From the human T2T-CHM13v2.0 reference genome, Homo sapiens: a stretch of DNA of 64,000 bases. This document shows, in pieces, positions 1 to 13,694 of this stretch; the stretch's first letter is position 1, and every line of letters starts with the position of its first letter. The notes beneath the pieces are model-generated. The model did no database searches. It was given only the letters and a program-made list of their open reading frames with translations, and was not told where the DNA came from. Where the stretch lies: the NCBI RefSeq assembly GCF_009914755.1, contig NC_060946.1, one strand, 5' to 3'. Made by a program: the position numbers and the translations under genes.

Positions 1-325
1 TTCATATCTCATTTATCTTGTCCCCTACCTGACAAAAGTCTCCTTGAGGAGACCTTGCAAGGAGTCATCTTCGTGTCTCAGCACCTAACAGTGCCATTCC
101 CAGAGGACAGGTTCAATGAATGCTCATTGGGTGCAAGGGAAACTGAAGCACAAAGATGAAAGAAAAAGTAACGCCTTCATTTTTCTAAACTGAATATAGT
201 TTAACTGCTTAATAATGATTAAAGGAAATAGGTAGATGAAAAGAACCTCTCCTAAAATATTCCTAATTTGCATATGACTGAATTATATTTAGATGATTGA
301 AAGTCTGTTAAAAATACCAAATATA

Positions 326-463
326 AGCCAGGCGCAGTGCCTGTAGTCCCAGCTACTGGGAGGCTGAGGTGGGAAAATCACTTGAGCCCAGGAGTTTGAG
401 ACCAGCCTGGGCAACATTGTGAGACCCCATTTCTATGAAAAACAAAACAAAACAAAACAAAAC
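326..463 (+). mobile_element. Alu monomer (FLAM-like) with (AAAAC)n tail
   Basis: AGCCAGGCGCAGT...CCCAGCTACT...GGAGTTTGAGACCAGCCTGGGCAAC, followed by an A-rich microsatellite tail. Confidence 0.9.
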
Positions 464-1843
464 ACCCAAACGAATATATTCCTAGTTGAGTACTAGATTA
501 CTAGATTTATGGTATTTCAAAGTGACTTTGCATATCACCACATTTACATCAAATCATTCATTAAAAGTGAATTTTAGTTAAATATTTTTCCATTGACTTT
601 CATTTTACATGTGAGAAAAACAAGACAAAAATGTTTTGCTCTATATGTAATAAGATCATCTTAAAATTTAGCAATATTAAACTAGGACATTTCAGAATGA
701 CCAGAACTTTCTGATGAAAATATTCACAATACTTAATCTAAATCTCAAAATTCAGATGCATAAAGTTGTCTGTATGGCTGCCATTTTAAGGTTTAGTAAA
801 AAAGTTTAAAATGAAACAAATGAACAAATCCTTAAAATTCAATGAAGCAAACCAGACAGAAGTCATTCCATTTCTACCCACCCCCTTTCCCAATAGCCCG
901 GGAAGAATAGGCTGCAATCTTTTGGTTGCTTGGACTTTTGCTAAAGTTGCTAACTTTTTAAATGAATCAAATACTATGACCTAGAAGAAGCCAAATGAAA
1001 AATAATGATTTGAAATGGATAGTACATTATTTCAAAGAGAAAAATGTTTACTTATACAGAAAGCTAAAGAGTCTTGAAGATTCTAGAAAGCAAGTTGTAC
1101 CAGGTTTCTCTTCCATCAGCCTTCATCCACCCCTGCTGTCTATGCAATGCGTCAAATTATTCCTCTCCAATTCAATTACTACTTTATAGTTTATATTTGA
1201 AAATCCTTCAAAAATTGCCTCTTGTGTCAGTGAGAAAGTCCAAATTCCTTGGGTTTCAAAGGCCCTTCATTGCTTACTTTCTGTTGCTATTCAACAGGAA
1301 ACAAACCCTCAGTCAGGCCATTCTCCCTGTCACTCCACACGCCATGAGCATTTAGGTCCATTTAGCTTCATTCTCCATGTTAACACAGGGCTCTTGACCA
1401 TCACCACTGATTCCCCATCCTGGAATACCCTCTTCTTCTCCACCTGTTTAAATCCTATTAAACCCTACTATTCCTCAAATAACTACTACTTCTAGAAGCT
1501 ATTTCCAATCATGTCTACCACTCTATCTTAATCTCTCCCTTCTCTGAGGTAATATTTCTATAAACTCATTTTTCACTTAATTATATGCTATTTAGTGCCT
1601 ATCACATATCATATTAAGTTCCTGCATTCTGACTTTATAACTGCATCATGCTTTTGCATATAGGAGGTGTCAAATGTTTGTTAAATTTAACTATATCTTA
1701 ATTTATAAATTATTTAATATCAACTTTATATGTTGATTTTCTGTATAACAATGTATATTGTATTTGACGCCTAAAAATAGGAATGGTCCATCAAGAAATC
1801 ATTGTTAGTACCCACTGTTTGTACTGAACTGTATTAAATGCAG

Positions 1844-1928
1844 GAGATATGCACAAGCAGAAGTCACAATTCCTACTGTCGATGAACTAATGCCAATGAA
1901 CGATGAATTCCTATTGTCAATAAACAAA
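1844..1928 (+). CDS. Candidate internal coding exon (RYAQAEVTIPTVDELMPMNDEFLLSINK); strand ambiguous
   Basis: TGCAG|G acceptor and AAA|GTATGG donor; only one of three frames is open; non-repeat sequence. A 99-nt minus-strand alternative (1812-1910) also exists. Confidence 0.35.
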
Positions 1929-1954
1929 GTATGGATTATGTATATATAGATAGA

Positions 1955-2106
1955 TACATATACACACACTAACTTGTGTATATGTACATATATACACACT
2001 AACTTGTGTATATGTACATATATACACACACTAACTTGTGTATATGTACATATATACACACACAAACTTGTGTATATGTACACATATACACACCGGTGTA
2101 TGTACA
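1955..2106. repeat. ~30-bp minisatellite, about 4.5 copies (TACATATATACACACTAACTTGTGTATATG)
   Basis: Tandem units of 30-32 bp are directly visible. Confidence 0.95.
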
Positions 2107-2224
2107 ATAAACACATAAAAATTAATAATGTAAGTTACCAGTTCGATTTCACAGTGTCTAGAAAATTGTAGCCTCCCAATAAATGAATGAACATGAATAT
2201 ATTTGCTCAGCAACAATTTGAACA

Positions 2225-2684
2225 TGTTTTAGTTTGGATACCCCAAAAGGCAGACTTGGATGCAAGTAATTTGGCCAGTGATTTAAAGAAGCACAAACGA
2301 GGGACCGGGAAATTTAAAACAAAGAAGGGACAAAAGTCAATAAAGAGTATATGAACAAGCAATTTACTGTTGTGGGAAAATGAGAGCCACTCCTGTTGGG
2401 TTGCCTCAGAACTGTCCTCCCAGGGATGAGAAGGTGGAATATTTTTTCAATAACTCTTAACTATCACTGGTTGAGGGTTGACTCTGGGCATTAAATCCCT
2501 GCAACTTCCAGGCTACCCTGCACTTAGGATGAACAAGTCTAAGGGCTCTGGAGAAAGCTCCGGGGTGGAGAAGAAGAGAGATACAGGTACTTTCAGTGTA
2601 AATGGAACTGGTCACCAAGGCTGCAGTAGTACTCAGAGGAAGGCCAAGAGAGTATGGGGTGGGGCATCAACAGTACCATCTACA
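2225..2684 (-). mobile_element. Old ERVL-type solo LTR (LTR16-like)
   Basis: Starts TGTTTTAGTTTGGATACCCCAAAAGGCAGAC, resembling the recalled LTR16-family terminus; highly diverged. Confidence 0.45.
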
Positions 2685-3587
2685 AGATATAATCACTCCC
2701 CCTCCTTTCTCAAAACCCATTGAAATGACAGAAGTGGAATAAAAAGGCACCAACCAGAGGGGAAATAGAACAGAAGAGACAACAAAAGATAAGAAATGTC
2801 AACAAATTTTGTGAAAAGGAAAAGTTTGTGGAGGAGTAGAAGCAGCAAAACCTAAATGCCTGTAGAGGGGAAAGCCAATGTGATGGAAACTGATTCTCAC
2901 AACATAACTCCAGAAAGTTTTAGGAATTGGGGACTGGGTATCTTAGAGGTCTGAGAACTTTGTGGCTTTGTTTTGGGGACAGCATCTTCATTCAAAGATA
3001 GTTGTATCTTGTTAGGTAGACAAAGAGGGTTGTTGTTGTTGCTCGGAAAGTTAAATATGTGTAGAATGTGTATGATGCTGAGTAGGCAATGGATGGGCTG
3101 TGGCAGCTACTGAGCTGCTGTGTCAGCTTCATACTCACACCCTTCTATACTCTTGCTTTGTGATACTGGAGCTGTGACACCACATACCGTGTTCATACTT
3201 TGCCAGTTAGCTTTTTGTTAGGTGCTGCCAACAAGAGGTGCTAGAGGGAGATGGGAAGGTTAGAGTAGGAAGAGAGGACTTGCTCCTTCCTGTTTGTCCT
3301 CTGCTCCTGACTGCAACACCCTTGCAACGCTTCTCCACTCCATCGGTGGAGAAGATAGAAAGAATGCGTTCTTGCCAGTTTGCATTTTTCCAACACTTGT
3401 AGAAGCAACCTTATCATACTCTCTTAACATTAGCACCCGCCAACAAGCACCCCATCCTAAGAGGCCTGGGTCACCACCCCACAGAGCCCCTTCTTCAAGC
3501 TTCTAAATTTGAATAACTCCTCCAGCGTTAGGGCTGGTGACTTATCCCTGCAGTTGCTACCTTGATCATACCATGGGTATGTGTATG

Positions 3588-3757
3588 ATAAACACATAAA
3601 AATAACTAATAATATAAGTTACCAGTTTGATTTCACAGTGTCTAGAAAATTGTAGCTTCCCAATAAGTGAATGAACATGAATATATTTGCTCAGCAACAA
3701 TTTGAACATGTTTTAGTTTGGATACCCCAAAAGGCAGACTTGGATGCAAGTAATTTG
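3588..3757 (+). repeat. Direct duplicate of 2107-2273
   Basis: About 170 bp; differs from the source by 4 substitutions and one 3-bp indel (manual alignment). Confidence 0.95.
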
Positions 3758-3817
3758 CCTGTACCCATGATATCCTTGGATGCAAGTAAATCAGCCTGTA
3801 CCCATGATATCCTGGTA

Positions 3818-4056
3818 CAGGCTGAGTGTCCCATATCTGAATTGCTTGGGACCAGAATTGTTTTAGATTTTGGACTTTTTCAGACTTTGGAATATTTGCA
3901 TTATACTACCAGCTGATCATCCCTAATCTGAAAATCCCAAATCTGAAATGCTCCAACTAGCACTTCTTTGAGCATGATGTTTGAGCATCACGTAGTGCTA
4001 AACAATTTTTGGATTTTGGAGCATTTTGGATTTTCAGATTAGGTGTGCTTAAGCTG
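3818..4056. mobile_element. Tigger4a/MER46-type TcMar MITE
   Basis: TA|CAGGCTGAGTGTCCCATATCTGAA ... TTCAGATTAGGTGTGCTTAAGCTG|TA: degenerate terminal inverted repeats and TA target duplication. Confidence 0.8.
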
Positions 4057-5032
4057 TACTCTTTTTTTTTGCCCTTTCAGTTTTTAATACTTAATGTTTT
4101 TGTATTAAATTCTCTGTATTGTATCATATTTTTGTGATAATGGCAGAGTAGTTTCAAGTGGACCAACTCCTCTGTAGATAACAGCCAGAAAATTAAAAAA
4201 TGTAAAGAAACCAATAACCTGAAGGCATAGGAGGGGGACCAAAAATAGGCAGAAACTGGAGAGGGAGAAGAGTTAGAAGGCGGAGAACGCTGGGGAAGTT
4301 TGCTGTTTTTCCAACTTGCTACCCTGAATCCAGCCAGCTCTACAGTAATTGGCTAAAAGTGGGCTGAAACCACAGTCTTAACTGGCCTGAAGAACCAGAA
4401 AACAAGATTCAGAGCTACCACAGCACTGGAAAGGGGAGAAATCTGGTTAAAAAACAAAACAAAACAAAACAAACAAACAAAAAAACTCAGAGAAAACCAT
4501 ACCTGTTATCATCATAGTCAAATTGCTGATAATCAAACATAAAAATGAAAATCTTGAAAGTACCCAGAGAAAGATGACCCATTCTATATAAGGGAAGAAT
4601 GAGATGAATGATGACTGACTTCTCATCAGAAACAACAGAGGCTAGAGGATAGCAGAATGACACCATTTTTTTTAATGCTGAAAAAAAACTGTCAATGCAG
4701 AATTCTATATCCAGCAACAATATTCTTCAAAATTGAAGGCAAAATCAAAACATTGTAAGATAAACAGAAACTAAGAGAATGAATTGCCCGTAAAACTTTA
4801 TAACAAGAATTGTTAATGGAAGTACTTCGGGTTGAAGACAAAGTACACCAGATGGAAAGTTGGATCTTTGGGAAGAAATAAAGAGTTCTAGAAATGGAAA
4901 ATATATAGGAGAATGTAAAAGATTGTTTTTACTCTTAATTTTTTAAAAATAAAATATATGTAACTGTTTAGAAAATGTAACAATATGTGTGGAGTGTTAT
5001 AACAAATGTAAATATAGTTTAAACGACTATAG

Positions 5033-5367
5033 CAGCAGTCCCCAAGCTTTTTGGCACCAGGGACTGGTTTTGTGGAAGACAATTTTTCCACAGAACAGGG
5101 TGTGGTGGGGATGGTTTGGGGATGAAACTGTTTTACCTCAGATCATGTGGCATTAGATTCTCATAAGGAGTGTGCAACCTAGATCCCTCGCATTGCAGTT
5201 CATAATAGGGTGCTCCTATGAGAATCTAATGCCGCTGCTGATCTGACAGGAGGCGAAGCTCAGGTGGCAATGCTAGCCCACTTGCTTCTCACCTCCTGCT
5301 GTGCGGCCCAGTTCCTAACAGGTCACAGACTGGTACCAGTCCGTGGCCCAGGGGTTGGGGACCCCTG
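5033..5367. mobile_element. MER1B (hAT-Charlie MITE)
   Basis: CAGCAGTCCCCAA...TTGGGGACCCCTG termini; perfect 8-bp target-site duplication GACTATAG (5025-5032, 5368-5375). Confidence 0.92.
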
Positions 5368-5977
5368 GACTATAGCATAAATGATGAGATGGTAAATAGG
5401 CCTATATGGTTGCAATGGTGACACAATATTAACTCTAAATAGACCGTGAATACCTAAAGGTGTATAATTTAATCCCTTGGTATAACTACCAAGTCTAATA
5501 GGTAAAGTGGAATTCTAAAAATTATTGACTTAGCTCAAAAGAAGAAAGGTAGGTAGGAACAGAGGAACCAAACACCGACAAAACAAGGAGAAAGTAATAG
5601 AAAAATAGCAGTTGTAAAGCCAACCATTTCAATAACCACAGTAAATGCAATTAACAGGCACAAATTTTCAGACTGGATAAAAAAGATCTAATTATATGCT
5701 GTATACAAGAGACACCCTATAAAAACAAAATTGCAAATGGGTTGAAAGTAAATGCTTTATAAAGATATACCATGGAACGATAAGTATAAGAAAGCTGAGT
5801 GGCTATAATAATATCAGATAAAATACACTTTGAGACCATGGTATTAGTAGAGATAAAAAGGGATATTTCATAATGACAAAAGGGCCAATCATCTGGAAGA
5901 CACAAACATAAATGTATATATGCCTAAGAACAGTGCTTTCAAATACATGAAGCAAAATCTGACGGAATTAAAGAACT

Positions 5978-6156
<179 letters not shown>

Positions 6157-6589
6157 CTAAGTCATATTTAGAGAGTTTAACATCCTTTGCTCAGTGATTG
6201 ATAAAACAAGTAGACAAAATATCAGCGGGGATCTAGAAGACTTAACATCAACCACCTTGACCTAACAGACATTTATAAAGCTCCTATGGCAGAAAACACA
6301 TTTTCTTTGCAAGCGTGCAGGTACACATGGTCTATTCACTGAGATGGTCCATGTGCTGGACCATAAACCAAGTCTCAATAAGCTTTAAAAGCCCAAAGCC
6401 TTCTATTAGGTTCTCTGGACACAATGGAATTGAATGTAGAAATAACAATGTACTTAGAAGAAACTCCTAAATATTTGGAAATTTAGAAAACATACTTCAA
6501 ATACCCATGGGTCAAAAAAGAAATTTATACATTTTAAGCATGTACAGTTTATTGAATGGTAATTATACCTCAATAAAGCTGCTAACCTC

Positions 6590-8490
6590 ATAGCTGGTGT
6601 ATTTTTTGGTTTCCTGACCAGATTCTGACAGATATAATGCTTTAGGAAAATTATTGCTGTATCATTCATTGCAATTCTCTGGGGTTGGGAGATAATAGAA
6701 ATAAGAAAACCAGGAGACCAATGAAATAATTCAGATTGTAAGGTTAATTTAATACCAAAACAAGTACTAAGCAACTACAAATTTAGGCATTGCTTTAGGT
6801 TTAGAGGTATAAAGATGTGTAAGAGATTCAAACAAATGATGTCTGAACCAAGCTAAAAGCATGAGAAAAAAGTCAAGAGAAGAAGGACACAAAAATTTCC
6901 AAGTAAAGGGAACAATTTCAGCAAAGAAATGAAGGCTGTACACAATGTGCTGTGTGGTAGTGGCAGGGCAGGTACAAAGCATTCAGCGTTACGAGTGCAC
7001 AGTGCACACAGAGAGCAGAGGAGCTCAATCTAGAGACATAGACAGAACCAGGGCTGGCAGACGTCTTGACAGACAGGATTGATGAGAAAGAATGAAACTG
7101 AAATCTTAAGACCATTTCTTTGAAACTCATTCCTCTTCAGATGCCTCCAACGAACTTTGCTGGCTCTCCTCCTATCTGTCTAGGCAATCTTCTCAACATT
7201 CTTCCTGGCCCTGTTTCCTGTGAAATGTAAACAGTCTGTCCTTGACTTTCCTCTTCTGCCTTTACAATCTCCCAGGATGATGTCATCTATTATTATACTT
7301 ACACTAGATCTAGATGGTCACCTGTGGGCAAGTAATTCACACATATTAATCCTGAACCCTGACCTCTGCTGATTTTTAGCCCTAAATATCTACCTATTTC
7401 TGTGTTCAGGGAGGTCTTATCATCCTCCAGCCTCCTCATCCTTGGGTGTTTGCTTTACCTCTGTTAATATGACCATCAGCTTCCCAGTCACTCAGGTTAT
7501 TTTGGAACTATGGTTGTTACCACAACTTCTAAGAGGTCTCTCCAGCTTACCCCCTCAGTCCACTCTACACAGCCCAGCCAGAGTGACCTTTCTAAAATGA
7601 AAGTCAGATGTTATTTCTCCCCAATACTTCTTCAAATTATTTAACATGGTTTACAAGGCTCTGCATAAATTAGTCCCCATTTACCTCTCTTGCCTCATCT
7701 TGTGCTACTATTCTAAAGCTGTATGATCCAGCTATACTTCTTTCAGTCTTCAAATTCTATGCTCCCTCTCAGCACTAAGCCTTCACCCGTGCTGATATTT
7801 TTGTCTGAAATGTTCCTCGTCTCTTTATATCGAACTGATTTTCAGCTTCCAGATTCACGTCCCTTAAAAAAACATACATTTCCATGCCTCTGTGTTTTTG
7901 CTCATGCTGTTCCCTCAGCCTAGAATATCCTCTTCCTCACCCTTCTTCTCCATCAAAAATGGTTTCATTCTTCAAGGTCTCATTCAAACACAACCTCCTT
8001 AGTGAAATATTTTATCCTTCACGTTAAAATGAATCCATTTTCTCTGCTATTACATAGTACAATGTGAATACTCACATTTTTCATTGATTTCATTATTTCA
8101 AATATTATTCATTCATTTGACAAATACTAAGTACAAGGATGTCTTAGACACTTTTATAAGCTCTGGAAATACAGGGGTAAACAAATTTATTATTTATAAC
8201 TTCTTATATGTTTATAGAACTGTCACCTATAGGGTACTGCAAACCCCTCAGGTCACAGATCCTATTCAACTTGTTTAACCCATAGGCAACTAGCAGAGTA
8301 TACCTGTATTCACTTGATAAGTGTGTGTTCAATGAATCATAAGCTGGATGATTTGGTCATTAAAAGACTCAACTGTAGAGAAAGGAGAGGTCTTTATTTA
8401 GTCCCTTTGATCCCAGAGATCAAGTGACTTGCTCGGGATCACACAATGATTAAAGAGCAGAACTAGAACTAGAATCCCAGATTCCCAAAT
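6590..8490. mobile_element. Cluster of decayed L2 fragments plus a MIR
   Basis: L2-type motifs (CAGCCAGAGTGACCTTTCTAAAA, GCTCATGCTGTTCCCTCAGCCTAGAA, ATTCATTCATT) and a MIR-like core near 8410-8480. Confidence 0.55.
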
Positions 8491-8871
8491 CCCAAATCAA
8501 TGTTATTTACTAGGGGAATAAAAGAAGGAACAAAAAAAGTATGGGAGAATCAGCTGCACCAGGTTTTTCTTTACTAACAATTCTAACAGCTTGATGTGTA
8601 CATGTTCATAACGTAAAGAGACTCGATTTCCCCTCGGGCTCACTCCATTTGTCCCTGGTGCTACTCCTGGAGGTGCAGGACCGTGGGAATGGGAATGGAG
8701 TTGAGTCAGCACACAGCTGGCCTCTGTATCTGTGCTGCTTGCCTTCTCCCAGGAAGATGGCTTTGGGTAGATGCTTTCTTGAATATATATAATGCAGCAT
8801 TTGTGGAAACTTTTCTGAAGTCCACAAGAACTTGAGGAGATTTGATGGAGAACTGCAATGAATACTGTCTT

Positions 8872-9168
8872 TTTTTCTTTTTAAGGGGTTGGGGGCAGGT
8901 TCTCATTCTGTCACCCAGGCTGGACTGCAGTGGTGCGATCATGGCTTACTGCAGCCTGGCCTGCCCAGGCTCCCACCTCAGCCTCCCAAGTAGCTGAGGA
9001 CCATAGGCACATGCCACCACATCTGGTTAATTTTTTTTTTTTAATTAGTTGTAGAGACGAGCTCTTGCTATGTTGCCCAGGTAGTCTCGAACTCCTGGGT
9101 TCAAGTGATCTACCTGCCTCAGCCTTCAAAAGCGCTGGGATTACTGGCATGAGCCACCACACCCAGCT
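8872..9168 (-). mobile_element. AluJ-type element
   Basis: Reverse-strand Alu dimer; TSD AATACTGTCTTT on both sides. Confidence 0.92.
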
Positions 9169-12012
9169 AAATACTGTCTTTGTATGTTTGAACACAAACA
9201 TGTAAATGTATACTCTGTAAACACTAAACTGATTGTTTCATGAGGACTTTCCAACCTTTGCTGGGAGAGAATTTCTCTGAATTCCACTGAAAAGGCAGAG
9301 AGGAGTACAGGTGAATTAATGTAGTTGGCTTGCTTTATCTGCCTTCTCATTTTCTTTCCATTTGAACCTGAATGTCAAAGAGCTTTGTTCTCGAGGATCT
9401 ATCCAGCTGACTCCTAGACAGGAAGCCCAGTATTGAATTATGAGACTATACCCAGTATTCTTTATCATACAGTGCTTTTATACCTGCCAATATAATTGAC
9501 TGATGCAAAATGGGACTTTGACACATGAGTCTCATTAAAGCTGGCTTGATTATTCTTGACAGTTATCTTTTAGGTATCCTTTAGTTTGTTCCCTATGTAA
9601 GACATCAGGCTGCAAATTTAAATACAGACTATCATGAAAATGACTGAAGTAGGAAAAACAACAAAAACACCTCCATGCTTTGAGCCTAAGGACAAAAGAG
9701 AATAGCTAAGCTGTTAAAGTAACTAAGAATACTTTTGCCAGTTTGCAGATGACGATGAAATCTGTTGAAAGAGAACTTCAGATTTGCTACTGAGTTAAGA
9801 GATTTTGCCTGCAGATAGGAACATTCCACCCTGCTACCTCTTTTTCATTTTGCAATAATACCATTGCATTGTTTCAGGTGTTACAATCATTGTATATTAT
9901 TTTGTATTCATTATTGTGAATCTTAGTAGTGGGGTTATATTCCAACAGAGTTATTGCTATGATCTTGCCCTTGTTCTGATACATAGTATCCAATTACAGC
10001 TACAAAGCAGAGAGCTGGCAAGCAGGACAAAAGATGGATGCCAAAATATGTCTTTCTGTAGTTTAAAAATGTGTAACTGAAGGAGCTTCTACTTTAGTAA
10101 TTAAGTCAATCAGAGGAAATAGAATCTGAAGGTAATAATAAGACCATTTTGCTAAGAGGCCACAGTTATAAATTAATATAGAGGGGTGACTTAAATTGCT
10201 TATTAAATGTATTGGTTTAAAAGACAAGCAACCAAGTTAAAATGAATATTGAATGTGCAACTTAAATAACATGCTTGACATGAAAATTTTAATATATTTT
10301 TTCTTACAGTACATGCATAAAACCTAAATAATCATAACAAGTTAGAATAGCTATAATCTCCCTATGATTGTGTGCGTGTGTGTGTGTGTACACAGTTGTA
10401 GGTCCTGAGAGTTTTATCATATATCATGACATATAATTGTAGTGTATATTATACTCAAGTATTAAAATAAGAAAACATAGTTTTAAAACACAGTGATGAA
10501 ATATGGCAAGCACCATTTACTACCACTTCAATATAAACTTGAAATAATGGCTTAATTTCTCATGGACAAATACAGATCTGGACACATGTAAAGGTGCTTT
10601 TTTTCATGTAACTTGCTTCTTCTATAAAGGTGCTTTTTAAAAAAATAAGTGGGTCAGCTAAAGACTTTCCTGCCATTAAAATGGATTATAATGAATGGAT
10701 TATAAAACAGGTAGAGGGTGCTCATTGTTAAATTTTATACCATAGTTAAGGTTCCACCAATTATAAAAACCATAATTTCCCTCAATAGATTATAGTTATA
10801 AAAATGAAAGCTGAAAATGTCTTTGTGAAGCTGGCAATCTTTATCTATTGCAACGTTTCCTGTCTTTCCGCTAGTGAGAGTTTCAACGGAGCCTGGTCTC
10901 TGGTATGTGGATGGTCTCCCTGCTTTATAAAGCATGCCAGGCTGAACAAGATGAGCAGGTGCCTGAGGGCACAAGAGTATGTGGCCATCAGGCAATGACA
11001 ATAAAACCCTACAGGTGATTATAGAAGACTGAAAATGTAAGCTAAATTGGGTCAGAGGTTTAATTCTGACGTGAATTAAATATATGGAATGCTTGAAAAG
11101 GTGCCTGGCACACAGCAAACTCTATTTAGTCATGGTTATTGGTATCATGAAACAGTCTGAAGAAGTGGGATTACAGGGAGTTCCTGCCATGGCCCTGACT
11201 GGAAGTGGATGGGAATGTCAACAAACCAGGTGCTCTCCCTTCCCCGTAGATACTCCTGTATTTATGATCTGCAAGCATGATGCATTCTCTTGAACCTGCC
11301 AATTCTAGGAAGGGGGGTATTTGAGATCAAGAGAACTGGTATACTATGTAAATATGACAGTGATATGAAGAACTATAACTCTCAGACATATGCCCTATTA
11401 GATATACAGACCACTAATACACTTTTAAACTTCGACACAGAGTAAAAATCACGTCTAAGTCTGCAACACTGAAACAAGCCTTTAAATATCATTTCGATCA
11501 TAAATTCAGATAAAGTATTATTTCTTGTGAAACATAAATGTTCTATTATTCAAAATAAGCAAAAAAGACACCTATTAAAACTTTAAATATTACAGTATAC
11601 CAGAGAACATGCCCCTTTGGAAACACCTTACTGAATACCTAAGATGGCAAATACCATTTCTCTTCTTCCAGACAGAGGCAGTTGTATGGTCCTTGTTCTT
11701 ACAGCTCTTTCCTTATATTTTTATAATATGACTTACAGGACTATACTATAATTTATCTACTAATGTTTCTCTTGCTTTTTTTATTCCCATGCCTTACACA
11801 TATTTTCATTCATGCAACAAATATTTTTGAGGACAGACCATGTACTACAAACGTGCCCAAGAATACAAAAGCCAGAATCATTAGGCCAGTGAAGCCTTTA
11901 AACCTTAAAATTATTAAGCACAGAAGATAAAATAACTACAGATATACTTAATGTGGTTAGAGAAATAAAGTATTTCTGAAAGATGTGCAAGGTATAAGAG
12001 ATTATAAAAACA

Positions 12013-12418
<406 letters not shown>

Positions 12419-13048
12419 TTAAAATAAATTGGTGAACAAGAGCTGGGAGAATTCACTACCATCAGACCTGTCTTACAAGAAATGCTAAAGGGAGTTATTT
12501 AGTCTGAAAGAAAAAAGACAGTAACATGAAAGAAAAAAAAAAAAGAAATTTGAAGGTATAAAACCCACTGGCAAAATTAAGTACATGGACAAGCCAGAAT
12601 ACTCTAATACTGTAACTGTGTTGTGAAATCCACTTCTAACTCTAGTATGAATCCCCAAAGACAAATCTATCAAAGACAATAATAGCTATTGCCATCTGCT
12701 AAGAGATGGGTAATATAAAATATGTAAATTGACACATACAAAAGTCAAAATGTGGAGGGGATAAAGTGTAGAAAGTTTTTTTCATTTTTTCTTTGTTTCT
12801 ATTATTTTCTTTGTGATCTAAAATAAGTTGTCATCTCTTTAAAATAACTTGTTATATCTATAAGATGGGTTTTTTTTGGTAAGCCTTGTGGTAACCGCAA
12901 GGCAAAAACCTATAATAGATTCACTTAAAATGAAAAGCAATGAATTAATACATACTACCAGAGAAAATCACTTAACCGCAAAAGAAGATAGAAGTTACAA
13001 AAGAACCAGAAAGCAAGCAACAAAATAGAAGTACTAACTCCTTACTTA

Positions 13049-13444
<396 letters not shown>

Positions 13445-13694
13445 CTATAAGAAACCTACTTCACCTATAAAGACACATATAGACCAAAAGTGAAGGGGTA
13501 GAAAAAGATACTCCATGTAACTGGAAACCAAAAAAGAGTGGGAGTAGTTATACTTATATCAGATAAAACAGACTACAAACCAAAGTCTGAAAAAGAGACA
13601 AAGACAGTCACTATATAATGATCAAAGGGGTCAATTCAGCAAGAGGATATAACAATTATAACACTGAAGCTCCCAAGTATAAAAACAAATATTA

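Larger units (their letters stand above)
3099..4120 (+). mobile_element. LTR33-like ERVL LTR, interrupted by a local duplication and by Tigger4a
   Basis: TGTGGCAGC start and GGTGCTAGAGGGAGATGGGAAGG...GGACTTGCTCCTTCCTG motif; apparent 3' part resumes after 4058. Confidence 0.55.

Noticed and set aside
995-1355. ORFs 995-1189 and 1074-1355, and a possible 44-nt exon (KLKSLEDSRKQVVP)
   Set aside because: Weak donor (GTTTCT), phase incompatible with the 1844 candidate, no recognisable protein
1955-2106. CRISPR-like ~30-bp periodicity
   Set aside because: No unique spacers, primate DNA, no cas genes; it is a minisatellite
1805-2225. ORFs rich in V/Y/I/H/C/T
   Set aside because: Largely translations of the TA/CA minisatellite
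3225-3255. CTCF-like motif in the LTR33-like element
   Set aside because: Several mismatches in core positions
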